IMG/VR virus record: IMGVR_UViG_2734482548_000013
Source: a virus
Taxonomy: Duplodnaviria > Heunggongvirae > Uroviricota > Caudoviricetes
Length of the DNA: 39,818 nt
Reading direction: 5' to 3' (one strand)
Positions 19,408-29,119 of the stretch are shown piece after piece. The notes beneath the pieces are model-generated. The model worked only from the letters and a program-made list of their open reading frames with translations. It had not been told where the DNA came from and made no database searches. Positions within the stretch are counted from its first letter, which is position 1. Each line of letters opens with the position of its first letter. The position numbers were made by a program, and so were the translations under genes.

Positions 19408-19623
19408 ATGAAATCCATGGACAAAATTTCAACAGGCATTGCCTACGGCACCTCCGCAGGCAGTGCTGGCTACTGGTTTTTACAGTTGCTCGATAGAGTA
19501 ACTCCGTCACAGTGGGCTGCAATCGGTGTGCTGGGTAGTCTGGTATTTGGCCTGCTGACGTACCTGACAAACCTTTATTTCAAGATTAAAGAAGATAAGC
19601 GCAAGGCTGCGAGAGGTGAATAA
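19408..19623 (+). CDS. Phage 21-type class II holin (pinholin S21-like) with dual-start motif
   Basis: [26 protein letters not shown]...; Met1-Lys-Ser-Met4 dual start; two transmembrane segments; GGAGGTGAGG SD. Confidence 0.85.
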   Translation: MKSMDKISTGIAYGTSAGSAGYWFLQLLDRVTPSQWAAIGVLGSLVFGLLTYLTNLYFKIKEDKRKAARGE

Positions 19624-20120
19624 TGCCTCCATCATTACGAAAAGTCGTTGCTGCTGCTATTGGTGGCGGAGCAATTGCTATAGCATCAGTGTTAATCACT
19701 GGCCCAAGTGGTAACGATGGTCTGGAAGGTGTCAGCTACATACCATACAAAGATATTGTTGGTGTATGGACTGTATGTCACGGGCATACAGGAAAAGACA
19801 TCATGCTCGGTAAAACGTATACCAAAGCAGAATGCAAAACACTCTTGAATAAAGACCTTGCCACTGTCGCCAGACAAATTAACCCGTACATCAAAGTCGA
19901 TATACCGGAAACAACGCGCGGCGCTCTTTACTCATTCGTTTACAACGTGGGTGCTGGCAATTTCAGAACATCGACGCTTCTTCGCAAAATAAACCAGGGC
20001 GATATCAAAGGCGCATGTGATCAGCTACGTCGCTGGACATATGCTGGCGGTAAGCAATGGAAAGGTCTCATGACTCGTCGTGAGATTGAGCGTGAAATCT
20101 GTTTGTGGGGTCAGCAATGA
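19623..20120 (+). CDS. SAR endolysin (phage 21 R-like lysozyme)
   Basis: N-terminal Gly/Ala-rich signal-anchor-release segment [18 protein letters not shown] followed by a lysozyme domain; starts at the holin stop. Confidence 0.9.
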   Translation: MPPSLRKVVAAAIGGGAIAIASVLITGPSGNDGLEGVSYIPYKDIVGVWTVCHGHTGKDIMLGKTYTKAECKTLLNKDLATVARQINPYIKVDIPETTRGALYSFVYNVGAGNFRTSTLLRKINQGDIKGACDQLRRWTYAGGKQWKGLMTRREIEREICLWGQQ

Positions 20121-20581
20121 ACAGAGTAACCGCGATTATCTCCGCTCTGGTTATCTGCATCATCGTCTGCCTGTCATGGGCTGTTAATCATTACCGTGAT
20201 AACGCCATTACCTACAAAGCCCAGCGCGACAAAAATGCCAGAGAACTGAAGCTGGCGAACGCGGCAATTACTGACATGCAGATGCGTCAGCGTGATGTTG
20301 CTGCGCTCGATGCAAAATACACGAAGGAGTTAGCTGATGCGAAAGCTGAAAATGATGCTCTGCGTGATGATGTTGCCGCTGGTCGTCGTCGGTTGCACAT
20401 CAAAGCAGTCTGTCAGTCAGTGCGTGAAGCCACCACCGCCTCCGGCGTGGATAATGCAGCCTCCCCCCGACTGGCAGACACCGCTGAACGGGATTATTTC
20501 ACCCTCCGGGAACGACTGGTAATGATGCAGGCCCAACTTGAAGGTGCTCAGCAATACATAACCGAGCAGTGTTTAAAGTAA
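20117..20581 (+). CDS. Rz i-spanin
   Basis: N-terminal transmembrane segment then coiled-coil periplasmic domain; start overlaps the endolysin stop. Confidence 0.8.
   Translation: MNRVTAIISALVICIIVCLSWAVNHYRDNAITYKAQRDKNARELKLANAAITDMQMRQRDVAALDAKYTKELADAKAENDALRDDVAAGRRRLHIKAVCQSVREATTASGVDNAASPRLADTAERDYFTLRERLVMMQAQLEGAQQYITEQCLK
20337..20522 (+). CDS. Rz1 o-spanin lipoprotein, embedded in the +1 frame of Rz
   Basis: Lipobox VVGC and proline-rich tract [15 protein letters not shown]; entirely nested within Rz. Confidence 0.75.
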   Translation: MRKLKMMLCVMMLPLVVVGCTSKQSVSQCVKPPPPPAWIMQPPPDWQTPLNGIISPSGNDW

Positions 20582-20718
20582 AATCTTAACTACAATATGA
20601 TTCATTTTGATGATTGTTTCATAAGGAACAGTGAAGTAAGATCTAAGAGGAGTTAAATTTTATACAGTATAATCATAATATTGCAGCAAGGTGGTTATAA
20701 TTGAAAGAATATTTAGAT

Positions 20719-22176
20719 ATGAATACATCTCATGTAAGAGTTGTTACTCATATGTGTGGGTTCCTGGTTTGGCTCTATAGTCTTTCAATGTTGCCACCAA
20801 TGGTTGTAGCATTGTTTTATAAAGAAAAAAGCCTGTTCGTTTTCTTTATAACTTTCGTTATATTTTTTTGCATTGGTGGCGGAGCGTGGTATACAACTAA
20901 GAAATCTGGCATTCAATTACGTACCCGTGATGGGTTTATTATAATTGTAATGTTTTGGATTTTGTTTTCTGTTATTAGTGCATTCCCTTTATGGATTGAC
21001 TCAGAACTTAATTTAACGTTCATTGATGCTCTGTTTGAAGGGGTTTCTGGAATAACAACAACAGGAGCAACTGTAATTGATGATGTTAGTTCATTACCTC
21101 GGGCATATTTGTACTATCGGTCACAGTTAAATTTTATAGGTGGTTTAGGAGTTATTGTTCTGGCGGTTGCAGTATTGCCATTATTGGGTATTGGTGGTGC
21201 AAAGCTTTATCAGTCAGAAATGCCGGGGCCATTTAAGGATGACAAACTCACTCCCCGCCTGGCCGATACGTCACGGACACTGTGGATAACTTATTCTTTA
21301 TTAGGTATTGCTTGTATTGTCTGTTATAGACTTGCAGGAATGCCTTTGTTTGATGCTATTTGTCACGGGATTTCCACAGTTTCGCTTGGTGGTTTCTCAA
21401 CTCATAGCGAGAGTATCGGATATTTTAATAACTATTTGGTTGAGCTGGTGGCTGGTTCTTTTTCCCTGCTATCGGCTTTCAACTTCACTCTTTGGTATAT
21501 TGTTATTAGCAGAAAAACGATAAAACCTTTAATCAGAGATATTGAACTTCGTTTCTTTCTGTTAATAGCCTTAGGGGTGATCATTGTTACCTCTTTCCAG
21601 GTCTGGCATATAGGTATGTATGACTTGCATGGAAGTTTTATTCATTCGTTTTTTCTTGCCAGCTCCATGCTCACTGATAATGGTTTAGCTACGCAGGATT
21701 ATGCAAACTGGCCCACGCACACGATAGTGTTTTTGCTGTTGTCAAGTTTCTTTGGGGGATGTATAGGTTCAACCTGTGGTGGAATTAAGTCACTTCGATT
21801 TCTTATACTTTTCAAACAAAGCAAACACGAGATAAATCAGCTTTCTCATCCCAGAGCGTTGTTGAGTGTAAATGTAGGAGGGAAGATAGTTACAGATCGT
21901 GTAATGAGGTCTGTATGGAGTTTCTTTTTTCTTTATACTCTCTTCACGGTGTTTTTTATACTGGTGTTAAATGGTATGGGATATGATTTTCTTACATCAT
22001 TTGCAACAGTGGCTGCATGTATTAATAATATGGGATTAGGTTTTGGGGCTACTGCATCGTCATTCGGAGTGCTTAATGACATTGCAAAATATTTAATGTG
22101 CATAGCTATGATTCTTGGTCGCCTTGAAATTTATCCTGTTATTATATTGTTTTCAGGTTTTTTTTGGCGCTCCTAA
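20719..22176 (+). CDS. trkG: TrkG potassium uptake protein (Rac cargo gene)
   Basis: 485-aa polytopic membrane protein starting MNTSHVRVVTHMCGFLVWLYS; AT-rich; sits between the lysis and ParB-like genes as in Rac. Confidence 0.9.
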   Translation: MNTSHVRVVTHMCGFLVWLYSLSMLPPMVVALFYKEKSLFVFFITFVIFFCIGGGAWYTTKKSGIQLRTRDGFIIIVMFWILFSVISAFPLWIDSELNLTFIDALFEGVSGITTTGATVIDDVSSLPRAYLYYRSQLNFIGGLGVIVLAVAVLPLLGIGGAKLYQSEMPGPFKDDKLTPRLADTSRTLWITYSLLGIACIVCYRLAGMPLFDAICHGISTVSLGGFSTHSESIGYFNNYLVELVAGSFSLLSAFNFTLWYIVISRKTIKPLIRDIELRFFLLIALGVIIVTSFQVWHIGMYDLHGSFIHSFFLASSMLTDNGLATQDYANWPTHTIVFLLLSSFFGGCIGSTCGGIKSLRFLILFKQSKHEINQLSHPRALLSVNVGGKIVTDRVMRSVWSFFFLYTLFTVFFILVLNGMGYDFLTSFATVAACINNMGLGFGATASSFGVLNDIAKYLMCIAMILGRLEIYPVIILFSGFFWRS

Positions 22177-22313
22177 TATATGGCTGATTTATAATTGTGA
22201 GTTTAATATTATGTTGACTCACTCATTGATCCAATACCTAACTTTACCAGCAACACCTCCGCCCCCAGTAGCACTGGCTGCTGGGGTGCGTTTTATTCAT
22301 AAAGCAAGGCTGT

Positions 22314-23102
22314 ATGAGCGAGAAATTAAAGATAGTCTATCGCCCATTACAAGAATTGTCACCGTATGCGCACAACGCCAGGACGCACAGTACTGAGCAG
22401 GTGGCACAACTGGTAGAAAGTATTAAGCAATTCGGCTGGACTAATCCGGTGCTGATTGACGAAAAGGGCGAAATTATTGCGGGTCACGGTCGTGTTATGG
22501 CGGCTGAAATGCTCAAAATGGATTCTGTTCCGGTCATTGTTCTGTCTGGCCTGACGGATGAGCAGAAAAAGGCGTACCGCCTGGCAGATAATCGCCTGCC
22601 GATGAATGCTGGCTGGGATGAAGATCTGTTGCGGATGGAGCTGTCGGACCTAATCAATGCTGATTTTGATGTCTCCCTGACAGGCTTCATCCCGGCAGAA
22701 ATTGATGAACTGTTGACGGATGTTTTGCCCGGTACAGGAAATGAGGAGGAGCCGTATACGACGAAAATTGATACGCCTGTTTATGAGCCGTCAGGCGGTA
22801 AACCGGATATCAGTGAACTGTACGACGATACGAAAACTCAGGAGCTGATCAGCCGGATACGTTCGGCGTCCCTTGATCCTGATATTGAGAAATTCCTCCT
22901 GTGTGCAGCAGAACGTCACACGGTGTTTAATTTCAGCAGAATTGCGGACTATTACGCTCATGCCCCCGCTGAAATTCAGTGCCTTTTCGAGGAGTCGGCG
23001 CTGGTGATCATTGATTATCAGCAGGCTATTGAAAATGGATTTGTCCGAATGACGCAGCGCATGGTGGAGATCATGCATGGCGGGGAGGAGGAATATGCGT
23101 GA
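22314..23102 (+). CDS. ParB-like nuclease-domain protein (the short K-12 ynaK appears to correspond to its N-terminal part)
   Basis: ParB/Srx-type motif EIIAGHGRVMAA in the N-terminal domain; acidic C-terminal half. Confidence 0.75.
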   Translation: MSEKLKIVYRPLQELSPYAHNARTHSTEQVAQLVESIKQFGWTNPVLIDEKGEIIAGHGRVMAAEMLKMDSVPVIVLSGLTDEQKKAYRLADNRLPMNAGWDEDLLRMELSDLINADFDVSLTGFIPAEIDELLTDVLPGTGNEEEPYTTKIDTPVYEPSGGKPDISELYDDTKTQELISRIRSASLDPDIEKFLLCAAERHTVFNFSRIADYYAHAPAEIQCLFEESALVIIDYQQAIENGFVRMTQRMVEIMHGGEEEYA

Positions 23103-24027
23103 TGATTTTTGCGCCTTTATTCTGACTCACGGGCGACCGGACAAAGTTCTGACTTACCGGACGTTGCGTCGTGCTGGCTATACCGGGAAAATTTTTATCG
23201 TTGTTGATGATGAAGATAAGACACGGCATCAGTACATGGCTGAATTTGGTGAACAGGTGCTGGTATTTTCCAAAGCCGATATTGCTAGTCGTTTTGACGA
23301 AGCCGATAATTTTAGTGACCGCCGCTCAATTTTTTACGCCCGTAATGCCTGTTTCGACCAGGCAAAACTGGTCGGGTGTAAATACTTCATTCAGCTCGAT
23401 GATGATTATCACGAGTTCCAGTTTCGGGTGGATCGCAACTATGACCAGGCCTATTTCCCGATAAGGAAACTGGATGAGATCCTTTCTGAAATGCTTGCGT
23501 ACTACGAATCAATACCTGCTCTTTCCATCGCTATGTCGCAGGGCGGGGATTTTCTTGGTGACAATGGCGGCCATGCTTCGTGGGTGAAACGCAAGGCAAT
23601 GAACAGCTTTATCTGTTCGGTTGATCGACCGTTCTCATTCATGGGGCGCATTAACGAGGATGTGAATACGTACACGAATCTCGGTCGCTGTGGTGAATTG
23701 TTTATGACGATCGGTGCTGTCCAGTTAGGGCAGAAACAGACGCAGAAAAACAGCGGCGGAATGACCGAGCTGTATCTGGATTCCGGAACCTACGTTAAAA
23801 GTTTTTACTCCGTCATGTATGCGCCGTCGTGCGTAAAAATCTCACTTATGGGTGCCAGTCATAAACGCATTCACCATCAGGTCACCTGGAACAACGCTGC
23901 AGTAAAAATCCTTCACGAAAAATACAGGAAGAAGACACCCTGCATATCAATGGGGGTGACAAATGATTCCGTATTCGAAAGTCGAGTCTCTGGCAGCGTG
24001 CCGGATGACTGCACAACAAATCGCTGA
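23095..24027 (+). CDS. Putative GT-A-fold glycosyltransferase-like protein (DxD motif), substrate unknown
   Basis: Start overlaps the ParB-like stop after a GGAGGAGG SD; N-terminal ILTHGRPDKV...FIVVDDED Rossmann-like start and FIQLDDDYHEF DxD-type motif; assignment from motifs only. Confidence 0.45.
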   Translation: MRDDFCAFILTHGRPDKVLTYRTLRRAGYTGKIFIVVDDEDKTRHQYMAEFGEQVLVFSKADIASRFDEADNFSDRRSIFYARNACFDQAKLVGCKYFIQLDDDYHEFQFRVDRNYDQAYFPIRKLDEILSEMLAYYESIPALSIAMSQGGDFLGDNGGHASWVKRKAMNSFICSVDRPFSFMGRINEDVNTYTNLGRCGELFMTIGAVQLGQKQTQKNSGGMTELYLDSGTYVKSFYSVMYAPSCVKISLMGASHKRIHHQVTWNNAAVKILHEKYRKKTPCISMGVTNDSVFESRVSGSVPDDCTTNR

Positions 24028-24214
24028 CGTTCTGGATGTTGATCTGAACCGACTGAAAGAAAATCGGGAAGCAATGACAGATTTTTATGCGGCCATCCGT
24101 AAGGGCAGAGCGAAAGGTGAAGCCGAGTTACGAGCGGCATTGTTTAAGCTTGCCAGAAAAGGGGATGCCTTTGCTCTGCGCGAACTACTCAGGGTGGATA
24201 AAAATCAGGACTAA
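23963..24214 (+). CDS. Small helix-rich protein, possible DNA-binding protein of the packaging module
   Basis: 83-aa ORF overlapping the 3' end of the upstream gene; start uncertain (internal Met at 24005 possible). Confidence 0.35.
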   Translation: MIPYSKVESLAACRMTAQQIADVLDVDLNRLKENREAMTDFYAAIRKGRAKGEAELRAALFKLARKGDAFALRELLRVDKNQD

Positions 24215-24217
24215 CTG

Positions 24218-25312
24218 ATGAGCAGACCGGACTGGGGGGCGTTGCAGCAGGAGTATATTGCTGAATACACCCGCTCCGGTATATCTCCGGTGGCATGGTG
24301 TGAAGCAAGGGGACTGAATTACGCAACAGCCCGTCGTTACATCAAAAAAACTCCGAAAAATGCGCAGACAGAAATGTGCAAAACTGCGCAAAAAAGTGCG
24401 CAGAAAAAATCTGCGCAGACTGCACAAAAGCGGAACGAAAAATCTCAGGAAAAAAAGCCAGTATTCGATGCGGGCCTGAATGAGGGCGACGCGGAGGAAT
24501 TTTCGTTCTGTCCCGATGAATTCGGCATTTCTGACCAGCAGGCTAAGTTTGCGATGCTTGTTGCTCAGGGTAAAAAGCCGACAGAGGCGTACCGACTAGC
24601 CGGTTATGAGGGGCAAGGTGCGACAGCTAACAGCAACGCCAGTCGTATGCTTAGAAATGCCAGGGTTTTTCGCGCTATCAGCTACTTCCGCAATCAGTAC
24701 CAGAAACGCTATACCGCAGACCTGGATTTACTAGTGAGTCAGTTGATGGCTATTGTCCTGGCCGACCCCAATCAGCTTGCACAATTTCGCCGTGTTAACT
24801 GCCGTTATTGCTGGGGCGAGAATCATCTCTACCAGTGGCGCGATATAGCAGAATTCGACAAGGCAGCGGCGCAGGCTTCCAGAGATGGCAAACCCGAACC
24901 GGAATATGGAGGCCTCGGCTTTGTTGATAACGCCATACCCAATCCGGACTGCCCGAAGTGCTGCGGTGAGGGAACGGGACAGCTTTATATGGCTGATACC
25001 ACTCTGCTTGATGGGGATGCGCGGCAATTATATGCAGGGGCAAAATTCGGAAAATTCGGCGTTGAGATCCTGCTGGAGGATAAGGCTGCCGCCCGGCGTG
25101 AATTGTTGCGTTTGTTTTCTGCTGGCGGGGCTTTATGTGCAGATAAGCGGCTACGGGAACTGGAAATTGAACGGCGCAGAATGGAAAACCAGAAGCTGCG
25201 CAAAGAGATCGAAACGGTGGAAGATAATGAACATCCCCAGCCTGTGGCGATCAATATTAATGTGGTTGATGCCAGAGTAAGGAGTGATGAAGATGATCTC
25301 TCCGACGCTTAA
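24218..25312 (+). CDS. Terminase small subunit (large variant with N-terminal HTH and C-terminal Cys4 zinc-ribbon-like segment)
   Basis: N-terminal HTH GISPVAWCEARGLNYATARRYI; terminase-small-subunit-like block FAMLVAQGKKPTEAYRLAGYEG...ANSNASRMLRNARVFRAI; CRYCWGE...CPKCCGEG; directly upstream of the large terminase. Confidence 0.7.
   Translation: MSRPDWGALQQEYIAEYTRSGISPVAWCEARGLNYATARRYIKKTPKNAQTEMCKTAQKSAQKKSAQTAQKRNEKSQEKKPVFDAGLNEGDAEEFSFCPDEFGISDQQAKFAMLVAQGKKPTEAYRLAGYEGQGATANSNASRMLRNARVFRAISYFRNQYQKRYTADLDLLVSQLMAIVLADPNQLAQFRRVNCRYCWGENHLYQWRDIAEFDKAAAQASRDGKPEPEYGGLGFVDNAIPNPDCPKCCGEGTGQLYMADTTLLDGDARQLYAGAKFGKFGVEILLEDKAAARRELLRLFSAGGALCADKRLRELEIERRRMENQKLRKEIETVEDNEHPQPVAININVVDARVRSDEDDLSDA
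24361..24426. repeat. Six palindromic hexamer repeats (five TGCGCA-type, one TGCACA) inside the terS coding sequence; candidate pac or TerS-binding site
   Basis: Seen directly: TGCGCA at 24361, 24385, 24397, 24412; TGTGCA at 24375; TGCACA at 24421; they generate the KTAQKSAQKKSAQTAQK protein repeat. Confidence 0.5.
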
Positions 25313-26594
25313 TGTGCCTCAGGCGCGATTTCTTTCAATGCCCCATAAATTTAAAGCCTATATTGCTGGTTTTGGCTCGGGCAAAACATGGGTTGGGTGT
25401 GGCGGCATATGCAAGGGGATTTGGGAGCATCCAGGTATAAATCAGGGATATTTTGCGCCAACGTATCCCCAAATTCGCGATATTTTTTACCCTACAGTGG
25501 AAGAAGTTGCTGCTGACTGGGGATTGAACGTAAAAATTAATGAGGGAAATAAAGAGGTTCACTTTTATTACGGACGCCAGTATCGGGGAACCACTATCTG
25601 CAGATCGATGGAGAAGCCACAAACGATCGTCGGTTTCAAAATTGGTAATGCGTTGGTGGATGAACTGGACATTTTGCCGAAGGAAAAAGCCAGAACGGCG
25701 TGGCGCAAGATAATTGCACGTATGCGTTATAAGATTGATGGACTTCGCAACGGTATTGACGTTACAACCACGCCGGAAGGATTCAAATTTGTCTACGAGC
25801 AGTTTGTTAAAGCCGTGCGTGAAAAAACAGAGCTGGCCTCACTGTATGGTCTGGTGCAGGCATCTACTTTCGATAATGAAAAGAACCTGCCAGCAGATTA
25901 CATTCCTTCGCTTCTTGAATCATACCCTCCAGAGCTGATTAAAGCCTATCTTCGAGGACAGTTTACTAACCTGACAAGTGGTACTGTTTACCATCAGTTT
26001 GACCGGAAACTGAATAATTGCGAAGAAGTGGAGCAGCCAGGGGAGCCGATTTATATTGGGATGGATTTTAACGTTGGAAAGATGGCGGGAATCGTCCATG
26101 TGCTGCGTTTGGGGCTTCCATGTGCGGTAACTGAAATCATCAATGCCTACGATACGCCGGATATGATCCGCATCATTAAAGAACGCTTCTGGCTGTATGA
26201 TGGGAATGATTACCGGAAAGTGAGGGAAATTTATATTTATCCAGATGCTTCCGGGGATTCCAGAAAATCAAGTAACGCAAGTACGACGGATATAGCCCAG
26301 CTTAAGCAGGCTGGTTTTAACGTTGTGGTGAACAGCTCGAACCCGCCAGTAAAAGATCGCGTTAACTCAATGAATGCAATGTTCTGCAATGCCAATGGTG
26401 AGCGTCGCTATAAAGTTAATGTGAAGCGTTGCCCGTTATATGCCGAATCTCTGGAGCAACAGGTCTGGGATGAGAAGGGGGAGCCTGATAAAAAATCTGG
26501 CAATGATCACCCGAATGATGCCGGAGGTTATTTCATCGTTAAGCAATTCCCTATTGTCAAACCGACCGGAAGAGTCACATCACTTCGGATTTAA
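25293..26594 (+). CDS. Terminase large subunit
   Basis: Walker A GFGSGKT near the N-terminus; C-terminal nuclease-like acidic residues; start chosen at the ATG 8 nt after AAGGAG. Confidence 0.85.
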   Translation: MISPTLNVPQARFLSMPHKFKAYIAGFGSGKTWVGCGGICKGIWEHPGINQGYFAPTYPQIRDIFYPTVEEVAADWGLNVKINEGNKEVHFYYGRQYRGTTICRSMEKPQTIVGFKIGNALVDELDILPKEKARTAWRKIIARMRYKIDGLRNGIDVTTTPEGFKFVYEQFVKAVREKTELASLYGLVQASTFDNEKNLPADYIPSLLESYPPELIKAYLRGQFTNLTSGTVYHQFDRKLNNCEEVEQPGEPIYIGMDFNVGKMAGIVHVLRLGLPCAVTEIINAYDTPDMIRIIKERFWLYDGNDYRKVREIYIYPDASGDSRKSSNASTTDIAQLKQAGFNVVVNSSNPPVKDRVNSMNAMFCNANGERRYKVNVKRCPLYAESLEQQVWDEKGEPDKKSGNDHPNDAGGYFIVKQFPIVKPTGRVTSLRI

Positions 26595-26596
26595 TT

Positions 26597-28003
26597 ATGG
26601 CTGATATATCAACACCCAACCTCGACTATAACGATATGCTGGAGGCGTGGGATATTAACGACGCACTGATGGGCGGTACGCTTGAAATGCGCAGGCAGGG
26701 GGAAAATTATCTCCCAAAATGGCCTAACGAAGATGAAGACGCTTATAAAAAACGCCTGTCTGTGGCTACGCTACTTCCTGTGTATGAAGAAAGCATCAAG
26801 CAAAATATTGGGCGCATATTTGCAGAGCCGACAGTATTGAGTGAGGAAACGCCGGCAAAAATCAGGGAATATGCAGAAAATATCGACATGGAGGGGAGCC
26901 GACTGGATGTGTGGGCGCAGCAATTTTTCAGCCTCGCATTTCAGTATGGTGTGGCACATGCGCTGGTGGACTATCCACGAACGGATATGAAAGAGATTCG
27001 GACAAAAGCCGATGAAAACGCGACCGGTGGTCGTCCGTACGTTACGATGCTGAATCCACGCCAGGTTATTGGATGGAAATCGAAAGTTGAAAAAGGGAAA
27101 GTTGTTCTCACTGATTTGCGTATAAAAGAGGTCATCATTATTGATGGTGATGATTTCGGGCAGAAGAAGGTGGAGCAGATCCGCCATATTATGCCCCGTC
27201 GAGTTGAAATTTATCGACGTAGCGAAGGCACTAATGGCGAATCTGTCTGGACGCTTCATGAGTCATGGAATACCAGCCGTGATGATATTCCTCTGGTAAC
27301 ACTGTACACGAAGAAAACAGGATTTATGCGTGGTACACCGCCATTGCTTAATCTTGGCTTGCTGAATATCAAGCACTGGCAAAGCCAGAGCGAGCAGGAC
27401 AATATTCTTCATGTTGCCCGCGTTCCATTGCTGGTGGCCTACGGGCTGGACAGGAATGAAGAACTGACGGTTGGTGCATCCACCGCTACGATTTTTGAGG
27501 ACAGAACAAAAAATGGCCTCGAATATGTTGAACATAGTGGCGCAGCGATAGAATCTGGCGAAACATCACTTGAGAAGCTGGAAAATCAGATGCGTCATGC
27601 CGGCGCTAAACTTCTGCGTGCTGAAAATACATCCACCAAATCTGTTGATCAGACTAATGAAGAGCGAATGCAGGAAAACTCGCCGCTTTATACAATGGCG
27701 AACTCCCTCGAAGATGCCCTCGATAATATTCTCCAGATAATGGCGGAATGGATCGGAGAGAGTTGCGGTGGCAATGTGGATGTGCGCACTGAACTGGATG
27801 TATCTGCCCAGGTGTTTGACTCATCCTCCGCGCTGGCTGTTCAGTCATTGCGTCAGGGCGGTGATATACGTCAGATTGATGCGGTTCGGGTGTTGCAGGC
27901 GTTGAAATTTATCGATCAGGATTCCCGTCCAGAGGAAGTGATCGATGAATTAAAAAATCAGAGTGTAATGCTGATGGAAATCAATGATGCAAACCGTGAA
28001 TGA
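26597..28003 (+). CDS. Portal protein (by position and size)
   Basis: 468-aa ORF immediately after the large terminase. Confidence 0.65.
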   Translation: MADISTPNLDYNDMLEAWDINDALMGGTLEMRRQGENYLPKWPNEDEDAYKKRLSVATLLPVYEESIKQNIGRIFAEPTVLSEETPAKIREYAENIDMEGSRLDVWAQQFFSLAFQYGVAHALVDYPRTDMKEIRTKADENATGGRPYVTMLNPRQVIGWKSKVEKGKVVLTDLRIKEVIIIDGDDFGQKKVEQIRHIMPRRVEIYRRSEGTNGESVWTLHESWNTSRDDIPLVTLYTKKTGFMRGTPPLLNLGLLNIKHWQSQSEQDNILHVARVPLLVAYGLDRNEELTVGASTATIFEDRTKNGLEYVEHSGAAIESGETSLEKLENQMRHAGAKLLRAENTSTKSVDQTNEERMQENSPLYTMANSLEDALDNILQIMAEWIGESCGGNVDVRTELDVSAQVFDSSSALAVQSLRQGGDIRQIDAVRVLQALKFIDQDSRPEEVIDELKNQSVMLMEINDANRE

Positions 28004-29099
28004 ACGGCTGCGTGATGAATCAATTGCTCATGCAGTCTGGATATCCCGCTATAGCACTGGCGTGGCTGCCAGAATGGTGAAAATACTGAATGACAGCGAT
28101 GCGGAACTTACTGCTCGCCTGCTGATAGCACTGGACAGCCTCGATCCAGGTAGTTTTACCGTTAAGCGCCTGGAGTCACTTCTGGCGAGCGTCAGAGAGG
28201 TTAACCGCACTGCTATTAACAGCATGTTTACCAGTCTCTCCGGAGAGCTGAACGAGCTGGCAATTTATGAGGCTGGTTATCAGTTAAGTCTGTTTGATTC
28301 TATGCTACCTGATTTTGTTGCTGATGTTCACCCTCTGGTTGGTATCTCTCCTGATGCACTTTATGCCGCTGCAATGGCGCGACCATTCCAGGGACGACTG
28401 CTCAGTGAGTGGGCCTCAGATCTTGAGGCGGATCGGCTCAGACGCATAACAAATACAGTGCGTCAGGGTTTTTTGCTGGGGGATACCAATGAGCAGATCG
28501 CAAGAAAAATTCGGGGACATGTCAGTAAGGGATTTCAGGATGGTGCATTGCAGATGAGCCGGGCTAATGCGGCCAGCATTGCAAAAACAGCGGTTGGACA
28601 TCTTGCTGCTACTGCCCGTGAGAGTTTTGCCAGCGCGAATAATGATTTGATTAAGGGTAAGCAATGGTTATCAACGCTTGATAATCGTACTACGCCACAA
28701 TGTCGAATCAGGGATCGCCTCAAATATACGCTGAATAATAAACCTGTAGGTCACAGCGTGCCTTATTTGCAGGGGCCGGGAAAAATTCATTTCTGCTGCC
28801 GCTCAACGGAAACGTTCATTCTGAAATCAGCGAAGGAACTGGGTATTGATGTTCGCGATATTTCCCCGGCTGAGCGGGCCAGCATGGATGGCGTGGTGGC
28901 CGGAGATACAACCTACAGGGAATGGTTTTTGCGTCAGCCTTACACCAGACAAAAACAGATTGTGGGGGAAAGCCGAGCAAAGCTGATTCGGGATGGTGGT
29001 ATGTCGCCAGATGAATTTTACACCGATAAAGGCGAATGGCTGACGCTGAAGCAGCTCCGTGAGCGTGATGCACAGGTATTCAGAAAAGCAGGGATTTAA
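27984..29099 (+). CDS. Head morphogenesis / minor capsid protein (Mu F- or SPP1 gp7-like)
   Basis: 371-aa ORF after the portal gene; family assignment from gene order and general resemblance. Confidence 0.55.
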   Translation: MMQTVNERLRDESIAHAVWISRYSTGVAARMVKILNDSDAELTARLLIALDSLDPGSFTVKRLESLLASVREVNRTAINSMFTSLSGELNELAIYEAGYQLSLFDSMLPDFVADVHPLVGISPDALYAAAMARPFQGRLLSEWASDLEADRLRRITNTVRQGFLLGDTNEQIARKIRGHVSKGFQDGALQMSRANAASIAKTAVGHLAATARESFASANNDLIKGKQWLSTLDNRTTPQCRIRDRLKYTLNNKPVGHSVPYLQGPGKIHFCCRSTETFILKSAKELGIDVRDISPAERASMDGVVAGDTTYREWFLRQPYTRQKQIVGESRAKLIRDGGMSPDEFYTDKGEWLTLKQLRERDAQVFRKAGI

Positions 29100-29119
29100 A
29101 TAAATCATTTATTACAACA

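Noticed and set aside
22115-22396. 93-aa plus-strand ORF bridging the trkG 3' end and the ParB-like start
   Set aside because: Overlaps two well-supported genes in other frames; no independent support.
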